A stretch of DNA of 32,000 bases. Origin: Paralabilibaculum antarcticum (GTDB taxonomy: Bacteria; Bacteroidota; Bacteroidia; Bacteroidales; Marinifilaceae). The notes beneath the pieces are model-generated. The model had not been told where the DNA came from and searched no databases. It saw only the letters and a list, made by a program, of their open reading frames with translations. The stretch is from the NCBI RefSeq assembly GCF_029029525.1, contig NZ_JAKJSC010000001.1:1802987-1834986 (forward strand). The letters run 5' to 3'. Below are positions 1 through 8,373 of the stretch, one piece after another (position 1 is the first letter of the stretch; the number at the start of each line of letters is the position of its first letter). The translations under genes and the position numbers were made by a program.

Positions 1-607
1 CATTATTAAAACCAACTTCTTGCAACAAGAAGGCTGAACGATCTTGTAACCATGCATTTTGAGCTTGCAAAACATCGTAGGTAACCGAACTTCCAATCTC
101 TTTACCGACTTTCATTTTTTCATATCGGTCGGAAGACAATTCCATGATTTTTTGATTTACTCCCAAGCTCTCTTTTTCCAAAAGCACCTTGTAATAAGCA
201 AGAATAATCAATTCAATTTTATTCTCGATAGCGATGATCGTATTTCCTTTTGAAAGTTGTGCCAAATCGTCGAACTTATCTTTTCGAATTTGCACTGCAA
301 AACCATCAAAAATGGTCCAACTTACGTCTAAAGAAGGCACCAAACCATTTCGAGTGTAATCCTGATTCTCGTTATAATCCCAGGTGTTCCGCGAAGCAAA
401 ATTAAAATCCACTTTTGGATACCTACCCGCATTTCCCCAGGTATTGTTCAAATCAGAAATTTCTTCCGACTTTTTTACAATCTTTAATTGATAGTTATTC
501 TCCAAGCCAATTGCAATTGCTTTGGAGAGATTAAGTTCTTCTTGTGCTATCAAGTTAAACTGACAGCACATAATGAAGACTATGAATAATGATACTTTTC
601 TGATCAT
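1..607 (-). CDS. TolC-family outer-membrane efflux protein, N-terminal ~202 codons (3' end lies beyond the window start)
   Basis: Absent from the supplied ORF track because it reaches no stop inside the window. Hand translation of the minus strand from ATG (complement of 605-607) gives MIRKVSLFIVFIMCCQFNLIAQEELNLSKAIAIGLENNYQLKIVKKSEEISDLNNTWGNAGRYPKVDFNF...QNAWLQDRSAFLLQEVGFNN. I checked the frame codon by codon down to position 2 and found no stop. It has a signal-peptide-like N-terminus and the usual OMF opening (L..AI..gLenN..lk). It lies 65 bp downstream of the RND pump on the same strand. Confidence 0.75.
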   Translation of the reverse strand, partial: MIRKVSLFIVFIMCCQFNLIAQEELNLSKAIAIGLENNYQLKIVKKSEEISDLNNTWGNAGRYPKVDFNFASRNTWDYNENQDYTRNGLVPSLDVSWTIFDGFAVQIRKDKFDDLAQLSKGNTIIAIENKIELIILAYYKVLLEKESLGVNQKIMELSSDRYEKMKVGKEIGSSVTYDVLQAQNAWLQDRSAFLLQEVGFNN

Positions 608-672
608 TTGTTTGTTCTTTATTTGATTCCTGACCAAAGTCAGGGCTAATTATAAACAGGAAATTCTATTAT

Positions 673-3600
673 TTAATCCAAACTTACTTTTGATTCCTTA
701 ACCTTAGGCTCAACATCTCGAGCTAAAATCTCTTTCCCTTCCCAAATACTTTTTGATACTCTTTTAATATCATTCAAGGTTAAAATAATTACAGGGAAAA
801 ATAACAGAATAAACATGGTTCCTACCAATACTCCATAAGCCAATGCAATCGCCATTGGAATTAAGAATTGTGCTTGAAAGGAATTTTCTAAAATCAATGG
901 GTACAAACCTACTGAAGTCGTAATTGTTGTTAAAACAATGGCTCTAAATCTAGCTTTTCCCGCTGCTTTTACCGCTGGTTCTGGCTGCATACCTTCCTCT
1001 ACAAATAAATTGTATTTGGACAGGAAGACCACAGCATCATTTATAATTACTCCCGAAAGAGCAACCATTCCCCAAACACTTAACATCGATACTGGAAATC
1101 CTTCTAACCCGTGTCCCCATGCAGATCCAAGCCAGCCCAAAGGAATCATCATTAAAACGATTATTCCTTGTGTAAAGCTTCGGAAATGAATCATTACAAT
1201 AAAAATAATTAACATAAATGCAATGCTAAAATAGATCTTCAATTCTGCAATATCTTCAGCTGATCTTTTTGCCTGACCTTGAAATTCTGGGCGAACACTT
1301 GGGAATTTGGCTTCTAAATCTGGTAATATTGTTGTTTCAATATATTCTAAAATTGGCGGAACAGGTTCACTTGGATCAATGATTTCAGCATCAACACGAA
1401 TTTCTCTTGAACCATTGTAACGTTGTATACTAACAGGACCACGCAATATCTCGTAATCAATTAATTCAGACAGTGGAAATTCACCTTTTGGCGTACGAAT
1501 TCTCATGTCTTCCATTTGCCCAATAAAAACGCGATCGGTTTTCGGATATCGAACCCAAACCTTAATCTCATCTTTTCCTTCCTGCAAACGTTGCGCTTGT
1601 CCTCCAAAAAATCCTTGACGAATTTGAGAAGTAATTGATCTTAAATTCATACCTAAATAGTAGGCTTTGGATTTTAATTTCAATCTTACCTCTCGACTAC
1701 CCAATGGGTTATTATCGTTTATATTATATAAGGAAGACATTTTTCTTAATTCACCTTGAAAATAGTCATTGGCCTTATTCAATTGCTCCAAATCATTCCC
1801 CAATAAACTAATAGAAACAGGTGCTCCCCAACGATTATTAGCTCCAATCGTAAACTTCTCGAGGTCGGAAACATCTCCTAATTTATCTTTTACTCTTCCC
1901 GATATATCGAAACTTGATACTGGCGCACCTTCCATATCTCGAAGCGTTACAGATAGGTTTCCTGCATGAGGTCCAACTTCCTGTCCGCCAAAAGCATTTC
2001 CTGAAGAAAGACTTGTGTATTTAATGAAATATGCCGTATCCTGAAATTCATTCATCAGCTCTTCATTTACTTCCCAAACTGCATTCTCAAAGCTCTTTAA
2101 AGCCTTAACTGTGATATCTTTATTGGTTCCTGGCTTATAAGCAACATTAATGTTAAAGGTATCGAAACTCACATTAGGGAAAAATGTACTTTTAATAAAT
2201 CCACCTTTAAACAATCCCATGGTAACAAAGAAAAGAGCTACAGGTATAAACACAACAAACCATCTCCATCGAACTAATCGGTCCAAAATTCCGGCATATA
2301 CATTATCTCTAACATACATGATCCCTTTCTCTATCTTAGCCCTAAAGCGATTAAAAGCATTATCTTTTCTATTTCTATTCAATACTTTTTCGTTTCCAAC
2401 ATGACTAGGCAATACAAACAAACTTTCGAAAAGAGAAATACCCAAACAAAAGACCACAACAAAGGCCATTTCGTATAGGAATTGCATATTCCCTGTTACG
2501 AGTAACAAAGGTGTAAAGGCAATCATAGTTGTCGTTACCGATGTTAATACGGCAGGTACAACTTCCATTGTTCCATCAATAGCAGCACGACGAGGACTCT
2601 TTCCTTTCTCAAAATGGGTGTATATATTTTCACCAATCACAATTCCATCATCTACCAGAATACCAATAATCAAAATCATTCCGAAGAGAGAAATCATATT
2701 AATGGTCACTCCCATAAGATTGGCAAAAATAAACATGCCTAAAAATGAGGCTGGAATTCCCCATGCTACCCACAAGGATAAACGGAAACTCAAGAATACA
2801 GCCAAGGCAATAACAACCAAAAGTAAGCCATAACCTCCATTTTTATATAGTAGGCTTAATCTTGATTGCAAAAGACTAACAAAATCGAAACCTATTTCTA
2901 AAGTAGCATCAGTATATTTTTCGTTAAACTCTTTGGCGTATTGATTACAGTATTCCGATATTTCTTCCAAATCCTCATCATTCAGCTTGTTCACCATAAT
3001 GGAAATAGCTGGATTTCTATTGACAAATGTAGCATTTGGCACATCCTGAAACTGAAAATGAATATTCGCCACATCACTAATTCGAATATAGCTACCATCA
3101 GGATTTGCTTTCAGAATTATTTCCCCAATTTGATCTGGATTGATCGAACGATTACGCGATCGAATTAAAATCTCCTCAACTTCATTTTTAATTGCTCCTC
3201 CCGAAATATCAATATTATTATTGGCTATCGCCATTGATATCTCACTAAAAGTAAGACCATAACGCCTCAAATCATCCTCTTTTACCTCTACCGACAACTC
3301 CAAATTTGGAAAACCAGAAAGAGATATTTGCGACATCACCTTTGAGCGCATTAAATCGTCATAGATGATATCGGCATATTTTTTCAGACTTATTAAATCG
3401 GTATCACCGGTAACAGACAAACGAACCGCTGGTGTTGTCGCTCTTCGCTTGGCAATCACAGCTTTCTCGGCTCCTGATGGAAAAGTAGGGATCCCATCAA
3501 CCGCATTTTTCACATCGGCTAATGTTTCATCCAAATCATAATCTCCGGTTGTTGTAATTGTCAATCTGGCAAAGCCTTCCGACGAAACAGAATTCATTTC

Positions 3601-3837
3601 TTTTATTCCAACAATTCCTCTCACAGCATCCTCTATTCTTGAGGTAATGCCTTCTTCAACCTCTTTTGGTGAAGCTCCAGGAAATACCATCGAAACGGTA
3701 ATGATTTTAGATTCTGTCTCAGGAAAAAATGATTTCTTCATAAATCCTAAAGAAGTAAATCCTGCAATTGCAAGTAGAGCAATAATCATTTTCCCGTAAA
3801 ACGGATATCTTACAAATTGTGATATTATATTTCTCAT
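673..3837 (-). CDS. RND efflux transporter permease subunit (AcrB/CzcA superfamily), 1054 aa
   Basis: ATG start confirmed (cat at 3835-3837). Length and architecture fit a 12-TM RND pump: an N-terminal TM segment, two large periplasmic loops and two hydrophobic blocks. It starts 6 bp after the adaptor gene ends. Confidence 0.95.
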   Translation of the reverse strand: MRNIISQFVRYPFYGKMIIALLAIAGFTSLGFMKKSFFPETESKIITVSMVFPGASPKEVEEGITSRIEDAVRGIVGIKEMNSVSSEGFARLTITTTGDYDLDETLADVKNAVDGIPTFPSGAEKAVIAKRRATTPAVRLSVTGDTDLISLKKYADIIYDDLMRSKVMSQISLSGFPNLELSVEVKEDDLRRYGLTFSEISMAIANNNIDISGGAIKNEVEEILIRSRNRSINPDQIGEIILKANPDGSYIRISDVANIHFQFQDVPNATFVNRNPAISIMVNKLNDEDLEEISEYCNQYAKEFNEKYTDATLEIGFDFVSLLQSRLSLLYKNGGYGLLLVVIALAVFLSFRLSLWVAWGIPASFLGMFIFANLMGVTINMISLFGMILIIGILVDDGIVIGENIYTHFEKGKSPRRAAIDGTMEVVPAVLTSVTTTMIAFTPLLLVTGNMQFLYEMAFVVVFCLGISLFESLFVLPSHVGNEKVLNRNRKDNAFNRFRAKIEKGIMYVRDNVYAGILDRLVRWRWFVVFIPVALFFVTMGLFKGGFIKSTFFPNVSFDTFNINVAYKPGTNKDITVKALKSFENAVWEVNEELMNEFQDTAYFIKYTSLSSGNAFGGQEVGPHAGNLSVTLRDMEGAPVSSFDISGRVKDKLGDVSDLEKFTIGANNRWGAPVSISLLGNDLEQLNKANDYFQGELRKMSSLYNINDNNPLGSREVRLKLKSKAYYLGMNLRSITSQIRQGFFGGQAQRLQEGKDEIKVWVRYPKTDRVFIGQMEDMRIRTPKGEFPLSELIDYEILRGPVSIQRYNGSREIRVDAEIIDPSEPVPPILEYIETTILPDLEAKFPSVRPEFQGQAKRSAEDIAELKIYFSIAFMLIIFIVMIHFRSFTQGIIVLMMIPLGWLGSAWGHGLEGFPVSMLSVWGMVALSGVIINDAVVFLSKYNLFVEEGMQPEPAVKAAGKARFRAIVLTTITTSVGLYPLILENSFQAQFLIPMAIALAYGVLVGTMFILLFFPVIILTLNDIKRVSKSIWEGKEILARDVEPKVKESKVSLD

Positions 3838-3843
3838 TTTACG

Positions 3844-4965
3844 CTATTTCTTGATTTGTACCTGCATGTTTTCCGTAGCCTTAACAGGAGGTTCAATAAC
3901 CAATATCTCACCCTCCTTTAATCCATTAAAAACCAAAGTATTCTCATTGCGTTTCACAACATTAATTACTTTTGCTTTTAGGATATCTCCCTCAACAACA
4001 AATACTTTGTTTGAGCTGAAAACAGCATTTCTAGGAATTTCCATGACATTATCAATCATTTTCCCATTAAAACGAGCAGTTAAAAACTGTCCTTGATACA
4101 ATTCCTTTCCATTTGTATTCTCCAACTTTACAAAAACAGAAATAGATTGTGTTCCCTGATCAACAAAATCAGACTTACGCACTAATTTACCAGTAAAAAT
4201 TACTTCTCCTTGAGAATCCAAAATGTCGACCTTTTCATTCAAATTCAACCATGAAATTTCTTTCGACTCAATCGGAACTTGTAGCTCTAAATTATTCGAT
4301 TCTATGATACCAGCAAGTTTCGATCCCATTCCTGCAACCGATCCAATCTGAGTATTTACTTCTACATAAGAACCATTAAATGGTGCGTATATTTTTCGTT
4401 TGTTTAATTTAACCTCTGCACTTTTAATCGCATAATAGTCTCCTAAAATGTTTCTGCTTGCCATAAATACTTTTTCTTGATCAGACTTTACACTTGGTAA
4501 CTCAGGAATAGCTTTCTCCAAATTAATGGCATTGAAAAAGTTCATCCAAACCTCAAAGTTATCGGTATAATCTACTTTAATATCAGGAAGGTTTGAAGCT
4601 AATTTATTTAAGAAACGACTTTTCTGAGCACGTAAATCCATTTTTGCATCTTCTTCATAAACACGAATCAACAATTGTCCTTTTTTAAACTTCTGTCCCA
4701 CTTTTAAAGGAACGCCAGCCTCAACGATACGACCAACTACTTCAGAACTTAAATTCACTTCCAAATTAGAAGCCAATCTCCCCTTTTCAACAATAGGAGA
4801 AGAAAGTTCATGATAATTTACAGCTTCCACTTTAACAATAGGTAGCTTTTTTTTGTCCAAATTCTTTTTAGGAGCTTCTTTTAAACTGCTCAAGCCTTTC
4901 ATGGCAAAAAAACCAATAGCCAAAGTTGCGATAACCAGCAAAACGATAATTACTTTTCTATTCAT
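3844..4965 (-). CDS. RND efflux periplasmic adaptor (membrane-fusion protein, HlyD/AcrA family), 373 aa
   Basis: ATG confirmed (cat at 4963-4965). It has a single N-terminal membrane anchor (VIIVLLVIATLAIGFFA). Its size and barrel-sandwich/lipoyl-like segments (GQLLIRVYEED..., YAPFNGSYVEVN) are typical of MFPs. It lies directly upstream of the RND pump. Confidence 0.9.
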   Translation of the reverse strand: MNRKVIIVLLVIATLAIGFFAMKGLSSLKEAPKKNLDKKKLPIVKVEAVNYHELSSPIVEKGRLASNLEVNLSSEVVGRIVEAGVPLKVGQKFKKGQLLIRVYEEDAKMDLRAQKSRFLNKLASNLPDIKVDYTDNFEVWMNFFNAINLEKAIPELPSVKSDQEKVFMASRNILGDYYAIKSAEVKLNKRKIYAPFNGSYVEVNTQIGSVAGMGSKLAGIIESNNLELQVPIESKEISWLNLNEKVDILDSQGEVIFTGKLVRKSDFVDQGTQSISVFVKLENTNGKELYQGQFLTARFNGKMIDNVMEIPRNAVFSSNKVFVVEGDILKAKVINVVKRNENTLVFNGLKEGEILVIEPPVKATENMQVQIKK

Positions 4966-5213
4966 CGATGATTTATATTAGTGGAATGTTCTCTAGAATG
5001 TATAACTAAATTAGTCTAATTTCTCAAACATGTAAAGATACAATATATAGATATAGATTAATAATAATTTATGTCACGTTAACAACTATTTAAGGAAAAT
5101 TCCAGAATCGAATAAAATCTGAAACAATTAAGCTCTAATTAACGTTTTCCTCGAAGTGATGTAAGGATTTTAAGAAATTATTACGATTTTTGTCACCACT
5201 AAAAATCTAAAAG

Positions 5214-5486
5214 ATGGATCAGGAAAAATATAATAAAATGAAACAGCAGCTATTGGACTCTACAAAATGGCCATCTGTTTACATGTTTAAATTTATTGTC
5301 CCGAATAACGAGGACAAAATAAATGCTGTTAAAAACTTATTTTCAGAAGATACTGAATACACTTATAAAACATCTCGAGATATTAAATTCATTGGTATTA
5401 CAATTAAAAAAGTAATGAAATCTGCCGATGATGTAATCGAAGTTTACACTCGTGCCGAGGGAATAAAAGGTATCATGGCATTATAA
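5214..5486 (+). CDS. Small DUF493/YbeD-like protein, 90 aa
   Basis: The pattern WPSVYMFKFIVP...KTSRDIKFIGITIKKVMKSADDVIEVYTRAEGIKGIMAL parallels my recollection of E. coli YbeD (FPTPFTYKVMG...[38 protein letters not shown]). A hairpin plus T-run terminator follows. Confidence 0.65.
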   Translation: MDQEKYNKMKQQLLDSTKWPSVYMFKFIVPNNEDKINAVKNLFSEDTEYTYKTSRDIKFIGITIKKVMKSADDVIEVYTRAEGIKGIMAL

Positions 5487-5549
5487 TACAATTCTCACTA
5501 TCAATAAAAAACATTGAGAACTGTGATGATTTCATTAGAAAACACTTAT

Positions 5550-5579
5550 AGGCTGTTTCGAAAGATTCGGCCTTTTTTT
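5550..5579 (+). terminator. Rho-independent terminator after the YbeD-like gene
   Basis: Imperfect hairpin AGGCTGTTTCGAAAGATTCGGCCT (outer AGGC/GCCT pairs plus inner pairs) followed by TTTTTTT at 5573-5579. Confidence 0.55.
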
Positions 5580-5610
5580 GTCCTTCTTAGTTCTTAAAAA
5601 TCAAACTATG

Positions 5611-5618
5611 TAGGTTTG
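5611..5618 (+). promoter_or_regulatory. Candidate Bacteroidota -7 promoter element (TAnnTTTG) for the lysO pair
   Basis: TAGGTTTG matches the published Bacteroidetes -7 consensus TAnnTTTG exactly. It lies 74 nt upstream of the ATG at 5692 and just after the preceding terminator. I found no well-spaced -33 TTTG, so this call is weak. Confidence 0.3.
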
Positions 5619-5691
5619 CTATTTTCTATTCCGAAAGAAAAAACTAATATTGCCTTTTCAAACACACTAACACCTTAAGCTTACACTTTCC

Positions 5692-5976
5692 ATGCTAACA
5701 GACATCATCATCGTTTTAGCCATTATGATATTAGGAATGGGCATTGGTCTTTTTATTGGTAACCGTCCAAAAGTCATAAAAATCGTAGGTGTTTTAACCT
5801 CATTTTCAATATTCCTTCTCCTTTTTTTATTGGGAATTGGTGTAGGTACCAACGATAGAATTATAAACAACCTAGACACAATTGGTATACAAGCATTGGT
5901 TTTGACCATTGGTGCATTGCTAGGTTCTTTGATTTGCGCGTATTTCACCTATTCCTTATTCTTTAAAAAGAAATAA
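5692..5976 (+). CDS. LysO (YbjE/DUF340) family exporter, small N-terminal-type subunit, 94 aa
   Basis: MLTDIIIVLAIMILGMGIGLFIG...FLLLFLLGIGVG parallels the N-terminus of E. coli YbjE as I recall it (MFSGLLIILVPLIVGYLIPL...LILFFMGISLA). It lies 5 bp upstream of the larger LysO ORF. Confidence 0.75.
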   Translation: MLTDIIIVLAIMILGMGIGLFIGNRPKVIKIVGVLTSFSIFLLLFLLGIGVGTNDRIINNLDTIGIQALVLTIGALLGSLICAYFTYSLFFKKK

Positions 5977-5981
5977 ACACT

Positions 5982-6587
5982 ATGAAAGGCAGTTTAATCA
6001 TTCTTAGTTTTTTTGTTTTGGGTTTAATTCTTGGCCTGACTCGCTTTTTACCCGATACGCTTCTTGAAGGAGATTTTAGCATCTATGCACTTTATTTGTT
6101 GATGTTCTTAGTTGGAATTGGTATTGGAACTGATCGCGACTCATGGAAAGTTATTCGTCAAGTCAACTTCAAAATTGTTCTTGTACCACTTTCTGTAATA
6201 GTTGGTTCTCTAATTGGTGTTTCTGCCGTTTCTATTCTCTTATCTAGTATCAATTTTGGAGAAGCTATGGCTGTTGGGGCTGGTTTTGGTTATTACAGTC
6301 TATCCTCAGTCATAATTACAGAATTTCATTCTGAGACATTGGGAGTTATTGCGCTCCTATCCAATATCATTCGTGAGGTTATTACACTTTTAGCAACACC
6401 TTTCTTTGTTCGGTATTTTGGAAAACTTGCAGGTATTGCTTCAGGTGGTGCAACCGCAATGGATACAACCATGCCAATTATCGTTCAATATTCAGGTAAA
6501 GAATATGCTATAATTGCTGTTTTTAGCGGAATTGTATTAACGGTATTAGTTCCTGTAATTGTTCCTCTTATTTTAGAGTTCTTATAA
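5982..6587 (+). CDS. Lysine exporter LysO (YbjE/DUF340) family protein, 201 aa
   Basis: The C-terminal half AMAVGAGFGYYSLSSVIITE...GGATAMDTTMPIIVQYSG...VFSGIVLTVLVPVIVPLIL lines up closely with YbjE ALAMASGFGWYSLSGILLTE...CGATSMDFTLPVLQRTGG...VHGFILSLLVPILIAFF (from memory). Confidence 0.88.
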   Translation: MKGSLIILSFFVLGLILGLTRFLPDTLLEGDFSIYALYLLMFLVGIGIGTDRDSWKVIRQVNFKIVLVPLSVIVGSLIGVSAVSILLSSINFGEAMAVGAGFGYYSLSSVIITEFHSETLGVIALLSNIIREVITLLATPFFVRYFGKLAGIASGGATAMDTTMPIIVQYSGKEYAIIAVFSGIVLTVLVPVIVPLILEFL

Positions 6588-6973
6588 AAACATCTTTTTA
6601 TTAGCGATCAGAACACCAATAGTTTATACTCATTTTAAGGAAGATAAACAGAATATCATATTCGATTTTTTATAAATTTACTTCTCAATTAACATCCAGT
6701 TGAATGATTTGCTATAACGAATTCATACTTCTCTATAATTGTTCGTACAAAGGTTTGTACGAGTGCTGGATTTGTTAGCTCCATCCCCACTATCGATTTT
6801 TCCGTTTTCACAATTTTAATAGATTATACTCTTTACATGGGATTGATGTATTCAAGATAAAATAAGGTAAACTTTTACTTTTCGGATAAAATTGTTGTAT
6901 CCAAACCATTATTATTTTTCAATGCAGATTACGATTTGCGTTTATCAACCAACAAACCCAAAAACAAAATACA

Positions 6974-8356
6974 ATGTTTTCAAAACAAACTTATTGCAAA
7001 CGAAGAGACCAACTTAAAACAGATGTAAAATCAGGAATTCTACTATTCTTAGGAAACGATGAATCAGGCATGAATTACGCAGATAACACCTATCATTTTC
7101 GTCAGGATAGCACCTTCTTATATTTCTTTGGATCCGATTATGCAGGCTTAAATGCCATTATCGATATCGATGAAAACCGCGAGATTATTTTTGGTGATGA
7201 ACTTACAATGGATCATATTGTATGGATGGGCTCACAACCAACCATCAAAGAAAAAAGTGAGGCCGTAGGCATCAAGGAAACGCTCCCGATGGCAGAGTTA
7301 AAATCCTATCTTGCCACAGCACTAACTAATGGCAGAAAAGTGCACCACCTTCCTCCTTATCGTCCAGAACATCAAATCAAATTACTTGACCTAATTCAGG
7401 TTCATCCTAACATTGCTGCCACAAATGCCTCCTACGAATTTATACAGGCGATTGCAAATCAAAGAAATTACAAAAGTCAGGAAGAAATTGTTTTAATTGA
7501 AGATGCAGTAAATATTACTGCTGACATGCACTTAACAGCTATGCGAATGGCTCGCCCCGGCATGAAAGAATCTGAGATTGCTGCTGCGGTGCAACAAGTT
7601 GCTATTGCAGCTGGTGGTCAACTTTCCTTTCCTGTTATTGCAACTATAAACGGCCAAACTCTACACAACCATTATCATGGTAACACGCTAAAAAGTGGAG
7701 ATCTTTTCCTTCTGGATTGTGGTGCTGAAAATAGCATGCATTATGCGGGTGATATGTCAAGTACATTCCCTGTTGACAAAACATTTACAACCAGACAGAA
7801 AGAAATTTACCAAATTGCACTAAATGCTCACGAAGCAGCTATCGATATGCTTGCTCCTGGTGTAAAATTTAAAGATATTCACCTAAAAGCTGGCCGAACT
7901 ATTGCTGAAGGTATGAAAGAAATGGGATTCATGAAAGGCGACTTAGATGAAGCTGTACGTCAAGGAGCTCATGCTTTGTTTTTCCAATGTGGCCTAGGTC
8001 ATATGATGGGTATGGACGTTCATGACATGGAGAATCTTGGCGAAGTTTATGTCGGATACAATGGAGAAGCTAAAAGCACTCAGTTTGGACTTAAGTCTTT
8101 ACGATTAGGGCGAGAATTGGAAGAAAACTTTGTTCTAACTATAGAACCTGGCATTTACTTTATTCCTGAGCTCATTGATATGTGGAAAGCCGAGAACCGC
8201 TTCTCTGAATTCATTAATTACGACAAAGTTGAACAATACAAAAATTTTGGTGGTTGCAGAAACGAAGAAGACTTCCTGATCACAAAAGATGGTGCTCGTT
8301 TATTAGGAAAACCAATTCCTAAAACCATAGCAGATGTCGAAGCGGAAAGAATTTAA
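6974..8356 (+). CDS. pepP: Xaa-Pro aminopeptidase (aminopeptidase P, MEROPS M24B), 460 aa, no signal peptide
   Basis: It has an AMP_N-like N-terminus (CKRRDQLKTDVKSGILLFLGNDE). The M24B metal-ligand set is visible: DCGAE...YAGDMSSTFPV (two Asp), CGLGHMMGMDVHD (His), LTIEPGIYF (Glu) and RNEEDFLIT (Glu). Confidence 0.9.
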   Translation: MFSKQTYCKRRDQLKTDVKSGILLFLGNDESGMNYADNTYHFRQDSTFLYFFGSDYAGLNAIIDIDENREIIFGDELTMDHIVWMGSQPTIKEKSEAVGIKETLPMAELKSYLATALTNGRKVHHLPPYRPEHQIKLLDLIQVHPNIAATNASYEFIQAIANQRNYKSQEEIVLIEDAVNITADMHLTAMRMARPGMKESEIAAAVQQVAIAAGGQLSFPVIATINGQTLHNHYHGNTLKSGDLFLLDCGAENSMHYAGDMSSTFPVDKTFTTRQKEIYQIALNAHEAAIDMLAPGVKFKDIHLKAGRTIAEGMKEMGFMKGDLDEAVRQGAHALFFQCGLGHMMGMDVHDMENLGEVYVGYNGEAKSTQFGLKSLRLGRELEENFVLTIEPGIYFIPELIDMWKAENRFSEFINYDKVEQYKNFGGCRNEEDFLITKDGARLLGKPIPKTIADVEAERI

Positions 8357-8373
8357 ATCGTAAAAAAGCAGAC

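Noticed and set aside
938-3168. Plus-strand ORFs of 66-84 aa at 938-1189, 1769-1969, 2150-2404, 2618-2833 and 2941-3168, inside the RND pump gene.
   Set aside because: All lie antisense within a confidently assigned 1054-aa CDS. Their translations are low-complexity (Pro/Ser/Thr/Ile-rich) and lack recognisable motifs, which is typical of shadow ORFs in AT-rich DNA. The same reasoning applies to 59-253, 3851-4096, 10062-10253, 10709-10966, 13666-13863, 15918-16133, 18622-18855, 19009-19209, 19765-19947, 22111-22500, 22748-22945, 23865-24146, 25156-26249, 27784-28026 and 30665-30868.
5667-5948. 93-aa minus-strand ORF overlapping the small LysO ORF.
   Set aside because: It overlaps the plus-strand ORF at 5692-5976 almost completely. 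The plus-strand ORF matches the YbjE N-terminus and is followed 5 bp later by the rest of the transporter. The minus-strand product (Met/Pro/Ile/Arg-rich) has no recognisable features.
5180-6937. Identical 10-mer ATTACGATTT at 5180-5189 and 6928-6937. The copies lie 25 nt upstream of the YbeD-like ATG and 37 nt upstream of the pepP ATG.
   Set aside because: It looks promoter-like but does not fit the Bacteroidota -7 consensus TAnnTTTG (the spacing is off by one). By rough estimate, a single shared 10-mer between two AT-rich spacers of about 300 bp is not clearly beyond chance.
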